The notes under the pieces are model-generated. The model did not search any database. It saw only the letters and a list, made by a program, of their open reading frames with translations, and was not told the DNA's origin. Position numbers and translations under genes: made by a program. Of a DNA stretch of 64,000 nucleotides, positions 45,627 through 58,227 are shown in pieces. This DNA comes from Guillardia theta CCMP2712 (Eukaryota; Protista; Cryptophyta). The stretch lies in assembly GCF_000315625.1 (NCBI RefSeq), contig NW_005434647.1:601890-665889 (forward strand), written 5' to 3'. Within the stretch, counting starts at the first letter, position 1. Each line of letters opens with the position of its first letter.

Positions 45627-45867
45627 CTTTGCGGGAACCTTGCTCTCTCTCTCTCTCTCTCCTCGGGGATACTCTGCTTTTATTGATTCACGACTTCCAA
45701 AATTTTCTGTTCTCCTTTTTGAGCTGACAGCTAAAGATAAACCTTGACAACTTGTGACGATGGAATCCGCTGCAGCAACATCGAACCTGAGCTCCCCCTA
45801 CTGACCAACACCACACCTCTTGACCTGGTTGACACTCCCAGCAGCAGTCCAGCTGCGATCTGTGAGA

Positions 45868-47091
45868 TCAGCAAAGAAAGCCACGTGCAACCTGGTCACT
45901 GTGGAGCGTGGAGCTCTGCAATGACATCGATGGCCCTTCACTTGCTAGCAAAGGTTGACATGGACGAGGGAGTGGGAGCGGGTAGTATTGTGTAGCGGAG
46001 GTTAGCAGCGACTGTCCTCTCCCCTCAGCAGCTTCCTGCGTCCCGGTGCCTGCCATGATGTAGGTGGAGGCCGTCGAGTGTTGGGAACTCCTCTGCTCCC
46101 CTTGAATCCTGCTCCAAGTCTTCACCCCCTCTCCCGCTGCTGGACACTTGCCTCGTCGAGCAAGGCTCATCGTCCATGCCGCATGCAGCGACTTGAGCCA
46201 CTCGAAGATGGTGGGGGTGTCGGAGCTCCCGAAGACGAACCTCCTCCGCTCAGTCTCGATGTTGATGGTGAGAACCTGCTGTTCCCGGGACATCGAAATG
46301 TCCTTCACCTCCATGAGAGCGATCCTGCACTTGATGATGTTCCGCAAGTTCGACTTGCCACGGTTGTACAGGATCTCATTCTGGTCTACCGCACACCAGC
46401 GCCTCTTGAAAGCTCCCGACGAGCATTTCTTGAGCAGCCAGCCCTCTCGCAGCTTCGCCGGCTCCCCCTGATTCTGAGCACCACGTGAGGGCTGGTTTGT
46501 CTTGACGCCCTCGCTGCCTTGGAAGGGAGAGACGAAGGTGCTGGGGTTACAGCTGATGATAACCGTCCTGTCCGTCGAGATGTTTCCTGCCCCCACCCCC
46601 GCACACCCTTGCGGGTTCTCCCTTTCGTAGGATGGCAGAGCCATGTGAAGCTCCTCTTCCTTTGCGCACGCGGAGAGCTGAGTGCTGTAGATGCTCTCTG
46701 CTGCCATGCTCCAGCTGTCGCAATGCTGCTGGTGCATCAGGACAGGCTTCACAACCTCCATGCTGCACATAGCAGGGTTCACTTCATGGAGGGTGAGCGC
46801 GGCAAGAGGCCTCCTTTGACTGCTGCGGTCTTGCTGCAGGATGACGTTGTTCTGGTACCAATTCTCTTTGTCAATGTTCAACTCGCTGCTGGCATGCGGG
46901 AAAGTCGTGTATATGTGCGGCGATACGTTCCTTCTCGTATGGCTGGCCCGTTGCCGGCCGCTGGAACTGTAAAGAGGCGACTGGACGAACATGTCTTGGT
47001 TGTTGCTGACATCAGTTGCAGCACTCGTCTTGAGCCCGTCGTCTCCTGCTGTTTCATCTTGTTTCACCGCAGCATAGCACTGCATGCACAA
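45868..47091 (-). CDS. PH-domain protein; additional terminal exons likely
   Basis: LREGWLLKKCSSGAFKRRWCAVDQNEILY...RRFVFGSSDTPTIFEWLKSL is a canonical PH domain. Confidence 0.8.
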   Translation of the reverse strand: MCMQCYAAVKQDETAGDDGLKTSAATDVSNNQDMFVQSPLYSSSGRQRASHTRRNVSPHIYTTFPHASSELNIDKENWYQNNVILQQDRSSQRRPLAALTLHEVNPAMCSMEVVKPVLMHQQHCDSWSMAAESIYSTQLSACAKEEELHMALPSYERENPQGCAGVGAGNISTDRTVIISCNPSTFVSPFQGSEGVKTNQPSRGAQNQGEPAKLREGWLLKKCSSGAFKRRWCAVDQNEILYNRGKSNLRNIIKCRIALMEVKDISMSREQQVLTINIETERRRFVFGSSDTPTIFEWLKSLHAAWTMSLARRGKCPAAGEGVKTWSRIQGEQRSSQHSTASTYIMAGTGTQEAAEGRGQSLLTSATQYYPLPLPRPCQPLLASEGPSMSLQSSTLHSDQVARGFLC

Positions 47092-48117
47092 GGAATCAAT
47101 GTCATGGCATGTTCACACCATTCGCAAGTTGGCCATTCACGTGACTAGCAGAGGATGTGTCTAGGACTAGTGAGTGGCATCGGTTGCCCTTTCTTTTTCA
47201 GCTACTCTAAGTGTAGCTCATCATTCATTGACTTCCTCCTCTCCTCATCTCACGACCTCAACCTCGCAGCATGAGATCCTCTTAGCAGACAACCGCGATG
47301 CTCAGAGGCTACGCTATGCTACTATTGCCTGAGCTTCAATGATTTATGCAAGTTTCAAGCTTATTAGTGGGTTACTTACCATGGGACAGAGTCGCATGCT
47401 CCTTCCTCCAGTACTGATCGCCATCAGCAGCCTGTCCTCTTCTTCGCACAGCCAGCATGCTTCTCCGCCCCCCTGGTCCCCCGCCCCATCTCCCGCGCTT
47501 GGCATGGCAAGGCTCGCTTGCCCGAGCGGCCCGTCCCGCCGAGTCCGAATGTTATCCTAGTCGCGCAATACATTCTAAATAATTTGTTTATTTGTGTGAG
47601 CGCGACAATAGTCAAACCCTGTGAATCACAGGTCCGCCCAGCTAGAGTGGTCAATCGGGAATGTGTTGTAGGACAGCAAAATTTTCCTAGCGAATTTATT
47701 TACTTTTGTTTTCATGCCCACTTTTTCAGGATCACTCAGTTGGATCGAGCCCGCCTCAATGCGAAAAATGTACTCTTATAATATTATAATTTTTACTCTT
47801 TTACTCACTACCCAGCAACTTTACTTCTCAGTACCCCCTCCATCAATATCAATTTAACCCCTAGTGGATAGCAGTCAAAAAAAAAATCTGAAGGGACATT
47901 CTCGGAAGCCTTGGGGGTGGTTAGAGGAGGGGGGGTAGTCAATATATATATAAAAAAAACTCTAAGAGCGAAGTGGACAACAGTAGCAGGTAGGGTCCTT
48001 GGATACACCGGTACTATTAAGACACTCAGAGGGGTCATGAGAGTCTTGGACAGGGGGGGTCCTGATGAGTTCAATAGCGAAGTGGGGTTGTGCGAAACAG
48101 CGAAGAGGCAAGCAGAA

Positions 48118-48279
48118 ATGCTCACTATCCTTCACGGCGCGGTCTTCTCCAAGCTCCTTCAGGGCCTTAACGGCTTCGATGGCGACACCTGGGTCTGGTC
48201 TGGTCACGATGGTGACTGGATCTACCAGGGAGGTCCTGACACCTCGGCCGAGCGCCATGAAGTTTACTTCAACCAGTAA
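48118..48279 (+). CDS. Putative ~53-aa microprotein
   Basis: MLTILHGAVFSKLLQGLNGFDGDTWVWSGHDGDWIYQGGPDTSAERHEVYFN(Q). Strong C-ending codon bias. It lies directly downstream of a GGGGTA block, and a GTAAGT donor overlaps the stop. Confidence 0.55.
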   Translation: MLTILHGAVFSKLLQGLNGFDGDTWVWSGHDGDWIYQGGPDTSAERHEVYFNQ

Positions 48280-48938
48280 GTTCATGAAGCCCATCCTGTC
48301 GTTGCCTCTGCTGTGCGTACTTGATGGATACCGGGGTTGAAAAAATGATAATTGTCTATTTGCTATTGTCTTGATATGTTTCATTAGCCGTAGATAGCTG
48401 AAAGTCAAATGAGAATCTTTGAAGGATGTCAGAGCGTGCCTGCGAGCAAGTTCTATGTACTCAAAACGTTGGGCTGTTGTCCCAGCCTGAATGCAAGCAA
48501 TCGGGTGTTGGACCATGACCTTTTGGGATCCATATTGTTCAGTTTGGTCTCTGTGTCGTGGAACATGAGCACTTTACCTTGATTTGTTGTTACGAATGAC
48601 TTTCGCGGCTACCAAGCAGAATCCGTGCTGATGTGTGTGTAGGTGGGACGACCTTGATTGCGATCCTGTTTCTTGGCACATCACTGACTGGAAGGGTGAT
48701 CGCCATCTCAACGGAGCTGACGTGACCGACAAGATTTTCACCACTGAGCCATGGCAGTTGGCTGTGAACGGCATCTACTAAGCGAATAGCACGTGGGCGT
48801 CTGAATTCCATCACACCGCCCTTGTAAAGTGGAGTTCATTTTTTGTGCTTGCACAGTCTTCTGTTGTGGTTTATACAGCAAGATTTTGTACTCAAAAGTC
48901 TCTTTGTTCAAGATACCTAGCGGTTTAGAGTTCGAGTA

Positions 48939-49981
48939 CTAACGTAATTCCATGTAAGCCTGGATAATCCACCGACAGCAGGAGCGCCGCAACCGTATAC
49001 CCAAGCAATCCTGCCAAACGTACGACGTTATGACCCACAATGCTGTTTCAAACATGAGCATATCTGACCAGAGGGGAATGCCTAACATGTCTGGAGCAGA
49101 ATATGCGTAGAGGGTCTGTCCAGTCCAGGCTGGCCAAACTTGGAGGAGAAATACCTCTACCAATGGCCCGCAGAGTCCAGTCACCTAGCAAAAGTCTGAC
49201 ATGTCTGACATCAGATGCGCTGACACGCTCACTATGGACATGATTGCTCCAGTCCTCGTCCTGTCGAAAATCCACCAGCAAGCAACAGCCGAGATGGCAA
49301 GGCTCAGATGGAGGGAAACGTCCTCTACTCCCTGCTGAAACAGCAGCCCGCTACAGTAATATTGGAAGCAGAAGAATGACACGCCTGCAATTCATGTGGA
49401 AGAATGTCACGTCACTCTGTGGTATTCGTTTTTGGTTACGGTACTTACATGCCAGAGATTTCGGCGGTGTTGGAACTGAAAGCTCTTCTTCCTTGAAAAT
49501 CATGTCCAATATTGGGTAAGATATCCCAAGGATGACAGATGCGAGCGCAAACATGGCAGGAACCCAGTAATCAGTCTCGAAAAGAAAATGGCCGGCGAGT
49601 GATATTTGTTTGGGATTCGTGTACTTGAGCACCCCGAACGCGCTGCATACCACACATTCACTTGAAGGATCATCGGAGAGCAAGGTCAGACCTGTGGTAC
49701 CCGTCCAGTTGAGGCCCAAGCATCGCGCCGTATGTCGCCATGGCTAGGAGGTGATCACGCCACACGCTCACTGTCTGGAAATCTTTGCTCTTGAGTTGCA
49801 TCGAGACAGATCTCCCTTTAACATGCCTCCGCTGTTCATGCATATTTGGGAATGCACGCAGAGGAAGCGACCTGCCACTGCTAGGTAGCATGAAAGCTGC
49901 TGTTGTTGAAACCCCATGTACTAGGAGCAAAGCAGCGATCGCAAGGCATATCTGCATGTGTCGTGGAAGGCCTGCAGTCAT
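48939..49981 (-). CDS. Plastid-targeted polytopic membrane protein, INSIG-like/DUF2878-like, multi-exon
   Basis: Signal peptide ending TTAA|F plus a transit-like region. Motifs: GAMLGPQLDGYH|SAFGVLKY, WVPAMFALA, WWIFDRT, GPLVEVFL, YAYSAPDMLGIPLW|IAWVY. Confidence 0.75.
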
Positions 49982-50948
49982 TCTGGTTTATTGTCTGGTT
50001 TCACTTCACTCTTTCTGAGCGTCTCGGCTACTACTGAGGCATGATCGCTCTTGCTAGCTCTTGGCCTCCTCGACTCCTCCAGGCTCCCTGCCTCCCTTAC
50101 ATAGGCCGTGCCGCAGCGAATCCCTTTACGACTTTCAGTGATGCGCCACGGTCGGAACCATTCCGCAGGACGGGCCCGGGACCCTATCGCCGGGCTACCA
50201 TTGCGGTTACGGCCAAAAGTTAATAACGGTCAGCGTGATGTAGCGAGACGGTCAGAACTATTAACACGAAAACGCAACGATTCGTTCCCATCCCTGTCAG
50301 CTAGTGCACCAAACGCTGCGATTTTCATATCTTCAGATTGAGGGGCCTTAGAGCCCGGCCCACCTCAGAACTCGCAGTTATCCCAACAAATAGTACCAAA
50401 ATATTTAGTCAAGATTTGGTTCAGCTCAATTCACGCTCCGTGTGAGGGGTAGGGTACTCGTGGACCTGAGGTGTAGCGGTCGTAAAGGTGTTTAGTAGGG
50501 GTGGCAGGAAGAGAAAGGTGGGGGTCCTTGGTGGACCCTCCCGACCTTTTAAGTGTGACCGGGTAGGGGGGGTAGACTTCTAAAAGTGTATTTTAAAGGA
50601 GGCATCTATTGGCGAAAGTATATCTTTTCGCAAGGTCGTCTGAGGGACCTCCTAGTACCCACCCCCCATAGTCGACTACCCATGTGGTGTGACTATCCTG
50701 TTGACATCCTCCTACCCTGGCAATTTGTCACCCCTGCATTTTTGATGAGGCTACCAGCTCTAGATGATGTATTTACTATATATGAGTATAATTGAAATTG
50801 GCATACCATTCATATTGGCTTCTTCTTCATCACCCATCCTTAACAAATCAGAAAGAAGGGGTAATAAATGGTACCACACCCTATTCATCGGTAGCTACCC
50901 GATTACCTCCACCCCCCTCGGCAACCTCTAAGACTAAAAATCCTCCAC

Positions 50949-53900
50949 CATGCCGCTGCCGACCAACCTTTTTCGCATCTTGTTGCTGCTTGTTGGCGTC
51001 CCTGTTCTCCTCCCACCCCCTTTCTTCCTCATCTTGGATGTATAGTTCATGTTCGAGCCCTTCATCTGCTGCCTTTGCTCCCTATCATGGTCTATATCTG
51101 CACGAGAACCAAGAGGTCGAAAATTGTTTTATTTTAGTCCTGCGCAACGTACTTTCTGTATCTCAATGCGAACAGCGTCAGCGCGCAGACAACCAGTAGA
51201 AGAGTCTTCCCACTGTTTGATGGTTGTGTATTCTCACACCCAAGTCATCTTTCTTGTATGTTCCCCCTCTCATTGGCTGTACCTGAACGTTTTTGCATGT
51301 TTGCTGTTTCTGCTTACCAAAGTACTCCAGCAACGATTTCCCATTCTTTTTCGTTTTGCATTGATTCTTTTCTTCTTTCACCTTCTCCCCCCCTCATGCA
51401 GTATCGTCCCTTCAAGCAAGCGTAGAGCATACCTTTTCCTTCACGCGATTAGATTCAATTTTTTTTTTTCCACATTCTCAGCCAGTTTTAATCACTCGGC
51501 AAGTTCTGATCAATCTTATGAAGAAAGCAGAAACTTTCTGCGAGGCTACTTGACCGAAATGTTGGCCACCTTTCCAGGTCCCTTTCCTCCTCCTCCTCCT
51601 CCTCCTTCTCGCCCTTCTCGCCCTTCTAGCCCTTCTGTCTTCCGTTGTAGTCACGCGACGTTACAGGCTCGGCCAATATCGACGGCAAGGCCACGAGTCA
51701 TCAGGATCTTTTGAGACTGATGCAAGCAAACAATGGTGCGACGATGCAGGGCAACGCGATGCTACAGAGCGGAGGACAGCAGCTGAACATGCTGGGCCAG
51801 GTCCGACTGCCTACGGGAGGGTGAATGCATTTAGTACTGATGCATGTGCAGAATTCTCAGCCGCTACCGAGTTTCGTGAAGGACTTTGACTTCTGGAGCG
51901 AGACGGAGCACATGAAGTTCTTGGCGGCGATGAAGTCTGGGTTCAAGGTGACAGCTAAATTTCTTCCTTCTCCTACACTTGTTGACGTTCCGTTGGTTCA
52001 GCTTGAGCTTGCAACCGTTGCTCTGCTCATTGGCACTCGAACATCTAGTCAAGTCGATAGCCATTACAAGCTCTACATGGTAAAGTCTTGAGAGTTCCAT
52101 GCTTGCTGTCTTCTTGGTTGTCACTTGTAATCTCATTCCCCACGTGTAATGCTCGTTGTCACTTGCTGTCTTCTTGCTCACGTGCGGATGCTCTGCGTTT
52201 CAGATCGCTCGGCAGAAGTGTCTGCTCGGGAGCGTGGAGGGCAAGGTACTCCTTTGATGCCTTATGATGTTGGTCGGGATGAGAGGAGATAAGCAGGAGA
52301 AGGAGCTGTCTCTTGCTGAGATGTACAATGCGGTCGGGATCTATAACCTCTGGATTCAACACCAGGTGCGTTGAACTCAACATGTCTCGATCTTGTGATG
52401 TCTGGTTGTGATGTCTGGTTGTGGATAGATGCAAAGGCAGACCATCGACCTTACAAGTAGTAGCAACATGAACAGCAACAACATGAACAATATGAGCAGC
52501 AGCATGGGCAGCAGCAACAGCATGGGCGGCGGCAGCAACAGCAGCAGCAGCAACAACAGATCAAACTTGTTGTACAATAGCATCGCAGGGGGAAATGTAA
52601 ATCTTTCCGGTTTGCAGACAATTGGAAGCGTCTCGAACATGGTAATGATTGAAATGTTTCCTTTTGTTCTGTGTCATTGTCTTGTCTTGACTTGATCGAG
52701 GTCCTATTGTATGACAGCCGAGTTTTCCTGTCTTGACTTGTCTCTTGTCTTTTGTTCTGTCTTTTCGTCTTGTGCTCGTCCATCTGACGGTGTTGTTGAA
52801 GCAACAGATCGGAGGAGGGAGCAACTCCATCAACCTCCTTGTCAACGAGGTGACTTCTGTCTCTCTTGTCATGTACACGAGCAGGACTGACTCTGTTATG
52901 AGCAGCAGCTTGAGGTACAACTTGCTGCTTGCGCAGTTTGCCTCCCCCTCCCGTCTTGTAACGGCCAACATCACCAGCATCTAAAGAAGCTCTCCTCACT
53001 GCAAGGAAACTTCCAGCAAACGGACCTGCTGCAGCAAGTCAACAACGTGAGTGGCGCGTGCCGTGTCTTCTCCGTTGACATCCTGCCAGATGTACAACAA
53101 AAAGCGAAAGTTTGAGCAAGAGCAGTTGGATCAGAAACAACAAATGTTCGCATCGCCTCTGACAGGTTCCTTTCCATGCTCCCTCTCCCTCCCTCTCTCC
53201 CTCTCCCTCTCCCTCTCCCTCTCCCTCTCCCTCTCCCTCTCCCTCTCCCTCTCCCTCTCCCTCTCCTTCCCCCTCCCCCTCTCCTTCCCCCTTTGCCCCA
53301 CTTCCCTTTACCTGCTCTCCTCTCACCATGTCTTCGTTTCCGCACCCTCAGCAGACGCTTTCTCGAGCCCCAAGAAGCAGATGCTGGGACTGCGGGAGGA
53401 GCACACGGTGGTACAATCCCTGCAGCGGAGCCCGAATCAGTTGGCAAGAGGAGGAGAGGTGAAGGAAGACTTTCTATGCACATGTTACTTGTGACTGATG
53501 TTGGTTGCAGGCTTGCAACCTTGCTCCTGCTGCTCGACCTTGTGGAAATGTGAGAGAGGTCGACGCGGGTTGCGCATGTCTGATGCCCGGTGGTGCGTCA
53601 GGTGCAGTATGATCAGCAGAACCAGCGCAGCCAAGAGCTGTTGAACCAGATCAAACTGATGTTGCATGCTAATCAAGTATGTCATTGTGTTAAGATCTCT
53701 GTCTCCTTCTACTCCATTGTTGAGATCTCCTTCCTTCTTCTACTCCCTTGTGCTGTAAACTGTTTTCTCCTCTGATCTTTCTTCACTCCCCCCCTTCCCC
53801 CCCTTGCTTCTTTTTCTGTTGTCCTCTCTTTCCTTTGCCCTGCTGTACTCTCTTTTCGATTTGTTTCTCATCAAGCAAGCAGGTCTCTTCCTCCTCGTTT

Positions 53901-55212
53901 CCTGCTCTTGCCGGAGACCTCCTCCTCTTCACGTATTTCTTACCTCTTGACCTGTCGTGTCCACACCTTACAAGAGCTGTCAGCCAAAACGCAGGAGCAA
54001 CCGGACACGGTTATGTCAAAGATCAACATTTCAGCAACCATCCGTCGTCGTCTTCATCTGCATCGTCGTCGTCGTCTTTCTCTTCCTTCTCCTCCTCCTC
54101 AACATCTTCGGAAGTCCCTCAGCATCTGGACCCATCGGACCCCAATGACTTGAAACAGCGCCAATACAAAGAAGAGGAGTTCTCTTCCTTGGAAGAGAGC
54201 CTGGCAGTTCTAGTCGAGGTACCTTGCGCTTTCCATCTCCTCTTCCTCCCCCTGGCTCCTCCCCCTGGCTCCTCCTCCTCCTCCTCCTCCTCCTCCTCCT
54301 CTCTTCTGGCCTCGTGATGTTTTGGGGTTGCAGGTGGCGGAACTGAAGCAGCACGCGGAGGCCATGATCACCGCTCTGCAAGGAGACGACGACAAGAAGA
54401 AGAAGAAGAAGAAGAAGAAGAAGAGCAAGTCGAAAGCTGACAAGTGAGTGCAAGGAGCAGAGTAGATTGTCTTTTTTGCTCTGATTATGATTATGATTAT
54501 GATTGTGATTGTATTTTTTCTCTGTTCTGTTCCTTTTCCTTGTGTCTGACTTGATGTGATAGCGATGGTTCACAAGACGCTCATCGCTCGAAGACTGGAA
54601 ACGACTCCTCTGGCAGCTCCTCCCCACGCAGGTGAGTCCCCTCCCTCCTGCTCCTCCTGCTCCTCCTCCTGCTCCTCCTGCTCCTCCTGCTGCACTTGCT
54701 CCTGCTCCTGCTCCACCAGTTCCTCCCCTTTCTTTCTCTTCAGTTTTCTCCTCCTCTCTCTCCCTCCTCCCCTTGACGTCTTCTTGTCCTACAGCGCTCT
54801 CTTCGACGTCTTCCTCAACAAGAATGAGGCTGGAACGAAGGTCGTAGACCAGGATGAGAACAAGGTGACAATCGTCTCCTGCTCCTCCCTCTCCTGCTCC
54901 TTTCCTGCTCCTCCTGCTCCTCCCTCTCCTCCTCTTCCTCCTCCTCCTGCTTCTACTACCACTCTTCTGCTGCATGCTCCATCTCTGATTTTGGTTTTTG
55001 CAGGATGCGTCACAGACACCAAGGAAAAGTTGGATCAAAGTGAGGAGGAGGAAAAGGAGGAGGAGGAGGAGGTGGAGGATGGGGGGGGGGGATGAGCAGG
55101 AGCAGGAGCGGGGTTACTTTGACTTCTTACGTGCAGCTTGGGAAATTCATCGAGGTGAAATGGCGCGGCGAATGGTGGCAGGTAAATTAGCTTCCTGCTG
55201 CTGCTGCTGCTG

Positions 55213-55247
<35 letters not shown>

Positions 55248-55490
55248 GCTGCTCCTAACACGCTGACGCAGGCAAAGATCAAGAGGATCAAGAACGAGAA
55301 GCGGCGAGACAGGAGCGACCAGGTGCGAGCAGGAGACGCGCGTCTGCTGGCTCACGACAAGCATCAGGTCCTCGTGTCTTATGTGGGAGGAAGCGACGAC
55401 GAGGACGAATGGCTTTCCTTCTCGAGGTATCAGATGCTGCTCTCCTCCTCCTCCTCCTCCTCTTTCTGATGGTGGTGGTGGTCGTGGTGG

Positions 55491-55537
<47 letters not shown>

Positions 55538-55632
55538 TGTCTGCTGCTGCTGCTTCCTTCATCTCACAACCTCGCAGCAAGAGGCTCCGACCTCCCACAG
55601 AAGCGTTCGAGGACACAAGCGAAGGGCGTTAG
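50949..55632 (+). CDS. Myb/SANT-domain protein with C-terminal Tudor/Agenet-like domain, many exons
   Basis: WSETEHMKFLAAMKSGFK|LELATVALLIGTRTSSQVDSHYKLY (51895-52080), an N/S/Q-rich linker and a poly-K stretch, then spliced LGKFIEVKWRGEWWQ|AKIKRI...|VLVSYVGGSDDEDEWLSFS|SKRLRP (55136-55632). The start is uncertain. Confidence 0.7.
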
Positions 55633-55746
55633 AGGCGTGTTAAGATTTGAAAAGAAGGCGTGTCATTCCACCATCTCCGTTTGTCTTGTTTGTTGTTTGC
55701 ATAGGTATCGCATCTTATCCAGTAAATAGTTCGTGTGCAAAGAGTT

Positions 55747-55867
55747 TCATACTTGTTGACAACAACTTTGACACTTGTTCGTCGTTACGTCATACTTGTT
55801 GACAACAACTTTGACACTTGTTCGTCGTTACGTCATACTTGTTGACAACAACTTTGATACTTGTTCG
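55747..55867. repeat. 43-bp tandem repeat, ~2.8 copies, between convergent genes
   Basis: TCATACTTGTTGACAACAACTTTGACACTTGTTCGTCGTTACG starts at 55747, 55790 and 55833, with no spacers. Confidence 0.9.
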
Positions 55868-55940
55868 CATGTCGTTTCGTCACTCAGCACCAAGTTGGCT
55901 CCTCTACACTCCTGTTCCTCCTACTTCCTCCTCCTCCCTA

Positions 55941-57127
55941 CTATAAGTGATCCTTGCCATAGAGCGCCTCCAACCGGCTCCTCATGGCATCGTAATCGAT
56001 CCCGTCCTCCTGGTCCCGCTCCTTCTGCTTCTGCTTCGCCCCTGCGCATCCCGTCATCCCCCTCCGCTCCCTCCTACTCCCTCACCTTCTCCTCCTCCCT
56101 TGCCGTTCTCACTGAGCTGCATCCTGGAGCACAGGTTAGTTGGAAGAAAGGTGGAGAACGAGGAGGGAGGAACGAAGGCAGGGGAGCGGAGGAGGGAGGG
56201 AGGGAGGGAGGGGGAAGCGATCGGAGGAACGAGAGAAGGAGCAAGGAGGAGGAGTGGCTTTGCTTACAGCAGTTCCCTAGGGTCCTTGACAGCTTCGGGC
56301 GGGAAGAAGAGAGTCCCGGCCCGGATGAAGGTGGTCAGGTACCCGGACTCATCCGCAAACCCCTTGATCTCCCTCGGGTCCAGAGGCTCGATGTGCGGGC
56401 TAGGAAAGTCCTGCGCTTCCAGGAGCCCCGCGTACCTGATAGCGTCCTCCTCCTCCTGCCAGGAGGCTGTTTCAGGGGAGGGGGGGGGGGGNNNNNNNNN
56501 NNNNNNNNNNNNNNNNNNNNNNNNNNNNNNNNNNNNNNNNNNNNNNNNNNNNNNNNNNNNNNNNNNNNNNNNNNNNNNNNNNNNNNNNNNNGGAGGGCGG
56601 GAGAAGGCAGGGGAGGAGAAGGGGGGGAGGAAGAGGGGAGGAAGGGAGGAGAAGACCGAAGGGGAAGGGGAGAAGGTACCTCGAAGAAGACGACCGTGTT
56701 AATAAGCTTTCCATCCTTTGCTCGCACTTGCAGTGTATCTAGGAAGCAACCGCGTCAAGTCCTGCTTGCCTGCCTTTCTAGCTCGCTCACATATCCCTTC
56801 GTTGTCGGATCGGGGGTTGAAGATGAGCACGAAGATCTTGTTGAGCTTCAGCCAGCTCTCATCCAGGTCGGGCAGGGAGAATCTTTCCTCCCCGAAGAAG
56901 TTCTCTCCGAACCCGAACGCCGAGCTCGTCATCTGCCTGGCCGAGCTAGCCCCCCTGCCATCGACAGGTTTGCTTGTGAACGCGGTTGGCAGCGGCTGGC
57001 GGGCTGCTTCTGCGGGCGTCAGCCTTCCTCTCCCCCTCAGCACAAGAGCAGGACTGAATGCATCAGCCTGCGGCTCGCAGAGGAGGAAGGCGAAGAAGAG
57101 GGCGAGACTAGCACTGAGTTTTTTCAT
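55941..57127 (-). CDS. Plastid-targeted DUF3110-family protein (cyanobacterial type), multi-exon
   Basis: Signal peptide ending QADA|F. Motifs: IFVLIFNPRSDNEGI|YTLQ...NTVVFFE|..EEDAIRYAGLLEAQDFPSPHIE...PPE, and C-terminal DYDAMRSRLEALY. Confidence 0.85.
56492..56591. other. Assembly gap (100 N) within an intron of the DUF3110 gene
   Basis: Run of N. Confidence 1.
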
Positions 57128-58227
57128 GGCGATTCGAATGACAAGGTTACTGATGTCCGGGAGATCATCATTCCACAATCATCCTGCCACGGGTGTTTAG
57201 ACGATTGAATGAAACGGAAGAAGAAGTGAAGTATTCTAGCAGTGTCGTCTCGCTAACTCGGGGCATGCCGCAACTTTGGGTCACAAAACAAAGAGAACGC
57301 ATTATGAGAAAGATCCACCCTTGATCAAACACGAGACAAACTCGTCTCAGAGCCAAGAACAGGCCCACACTACTTTGATGCATGTTCATGTTTCTTTCTC
57401 TGCCATGTCTTCCTCCTCTATCCTCTTGTGCGCTCTCCTTTATCCCCCCCCCTCCTCTCCAGCCATCTTCATTCGTCGTCGCTTGGCGGCCCCCGCCTTT
57501 TAAAATCTCTTTATAACTACTATTACGTACAAAACGGCACGAAACCAGAAGATTTCATCAATGTATCCAAACAACAATCCTATATATCAATATAAAACTA
57601 TATAAGAAACGGTTAGAAATCTACAAATCTTCTTACAATAGTTTTAAAAAACAACTATTTTAAAATTTCTTTTCCAGCCCGCCTCAGAACTTCCTAGGAG
57701 TAGGTGAGCTCCCTGTCATCGACGCTGTCCTCACCGAGGACGCCGAAGATGCGGTATACCACCGGTACTTTAACAAGTCAGATGTAGGGGTACATTACCA
57801 TATTGGCAGCGGGCGTTATGTAATAAATTCGTTGTGTGAAGGGGGTGCGCTAACCGGTGAAGAGTGTATAATGAGGGGTGGGGTACTTCACATAAAAGGA
57901 GGAAAAGAAGGACAAGAGAAAGTCCTTGATAAGGGGGGTGATTAGTGGTCTAAAGGGGGGTTAGGGTGTGGGGGACTTTTATTACTATATGTGTTTTAGG
58001 TATAAAACAATGAACTTTATAATTAAAACTACATATAAGCACTTTGTCAGCCAGAAATTTCACCCCGGATACGGACGGAAATGTTGGGGGGGAAGCGAGT
58101 GGAAGGCGAGGGGAGAGAGGGGAGAGGAGGAGAACAAAGACAGTACATGCATCAGGGGGAAGAGCGGTCTCCCATGAGTGAGCAGATCAGTGAGCATGAC
58201 ACTTGGGAAGGGAGAGAGTGATAGAGC

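Noticed and set aside
47085-47150. In-frame TGA before CHDIDSLCMQCY as selenocysteine or a ZZ zinc finger
   Set aside because: An unresolved intron boundary is a simpler explanation. No SECIS was identified and too few ligands are visible.
48118-48279. Microprotein as an ejectisome Tri/Reb (R-body-like) protein
   Set aside because: The size is similar, but I see no Reb-like QITDAVTQ-type motif or Ala/Gln/Thr-rich helical composition.
55747-55867. 43-bp repeats as a CRISPR array
   Set aside because: The copies are head-to-tail with no unique spacers, there are no cas genes, and the context is eukaryotic.
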